Source of the DNA: the human T2T-CHM13v2.0 reference genome, Homo sapiens
Assembly: GCF_009914755.1 (NCBI RefSeq)
Contig: NC_060930.1
Strand: one strand, 5' to 3'
DNA length: 64,000 bases
Shown here: positions 63,901-64,000 of the stretch, piece by piece
How positions within the stretch are numbered: position 1 is the stretch's first letter
How the letters are laid out: the number at the start of each line of letters is the position of its first letter
The notes under the pieces: model-generated
What the model was told of the DNA's origin: nothing
Databases searched by the model: none
The model's input: only the letters and a program-made list of their open reading frames with translations
Made by a program: the position numbers and the translations under genes

Positions 63901-64000
63901 TATGTGGTGGGGGAACATATACATAAGAGATGACATTGTGAAGTAGGTAAAATTGGTTTTAAAATCTTTAATACTCTATTTTTCAACTTCCACATCTTAG

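Noticed and set aside
62800-64000. VIP exons
   Set aside because: No prepro-VIP coding sequence or CRE/TATA promoter is visible; the gene is expected beyond the window end

Overview
Human genomic DNA. I recognise it as the MYCT1 locus (6q25), probably ending a few kb upstream of VIP. The only host protein-coding gene is MYCT1 on the + strand: two coding exons (15219-15414 and 39063-39574), 235 aa from Met1 or 187 aa from Met49, and a 3'UTR to about 41900. The rest is intron or intergenic DNA dense in Alu, L1, L2/MIR, LTR (LTR7, THE1, MST, MLT, ERV1) and Tigger-family MITEs. It also holds an HSPD1 processed pseudogene and a 40-nt tailless 5S rRNA retrocopy. Highlight 1: a young L1HS Ta-1(nd) antisense in the MYCT1 intron, where the first ~227 nt of the 5'UTR are joined through a double-microhomology junction in frame to ORF2 residue ~162. 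This leaves a promoter-bearing, ORF1-less, endonuclease-truncated but otherwise uninterrupted RT ORF. Highlight 2: a 425-bp PstI-PstI segment with two ATTTTCCAT motifs that fits my recollection of the VIP tissue-specifier enhancer and is largely a MER44 DNA transposon. Highlight 3: fossils of retrotransposition mechanisms (3' transduction, twin-priming inversion, tailless retrocopy). Apart from MYCT1, the L1HS ORF and the HSPD1 remnant, the supplied ORFs look like repeat-derived or chance frames. Repeat subfamily calls are by eye from remembered consensus motifs, and boundaries of old elements are approximate.
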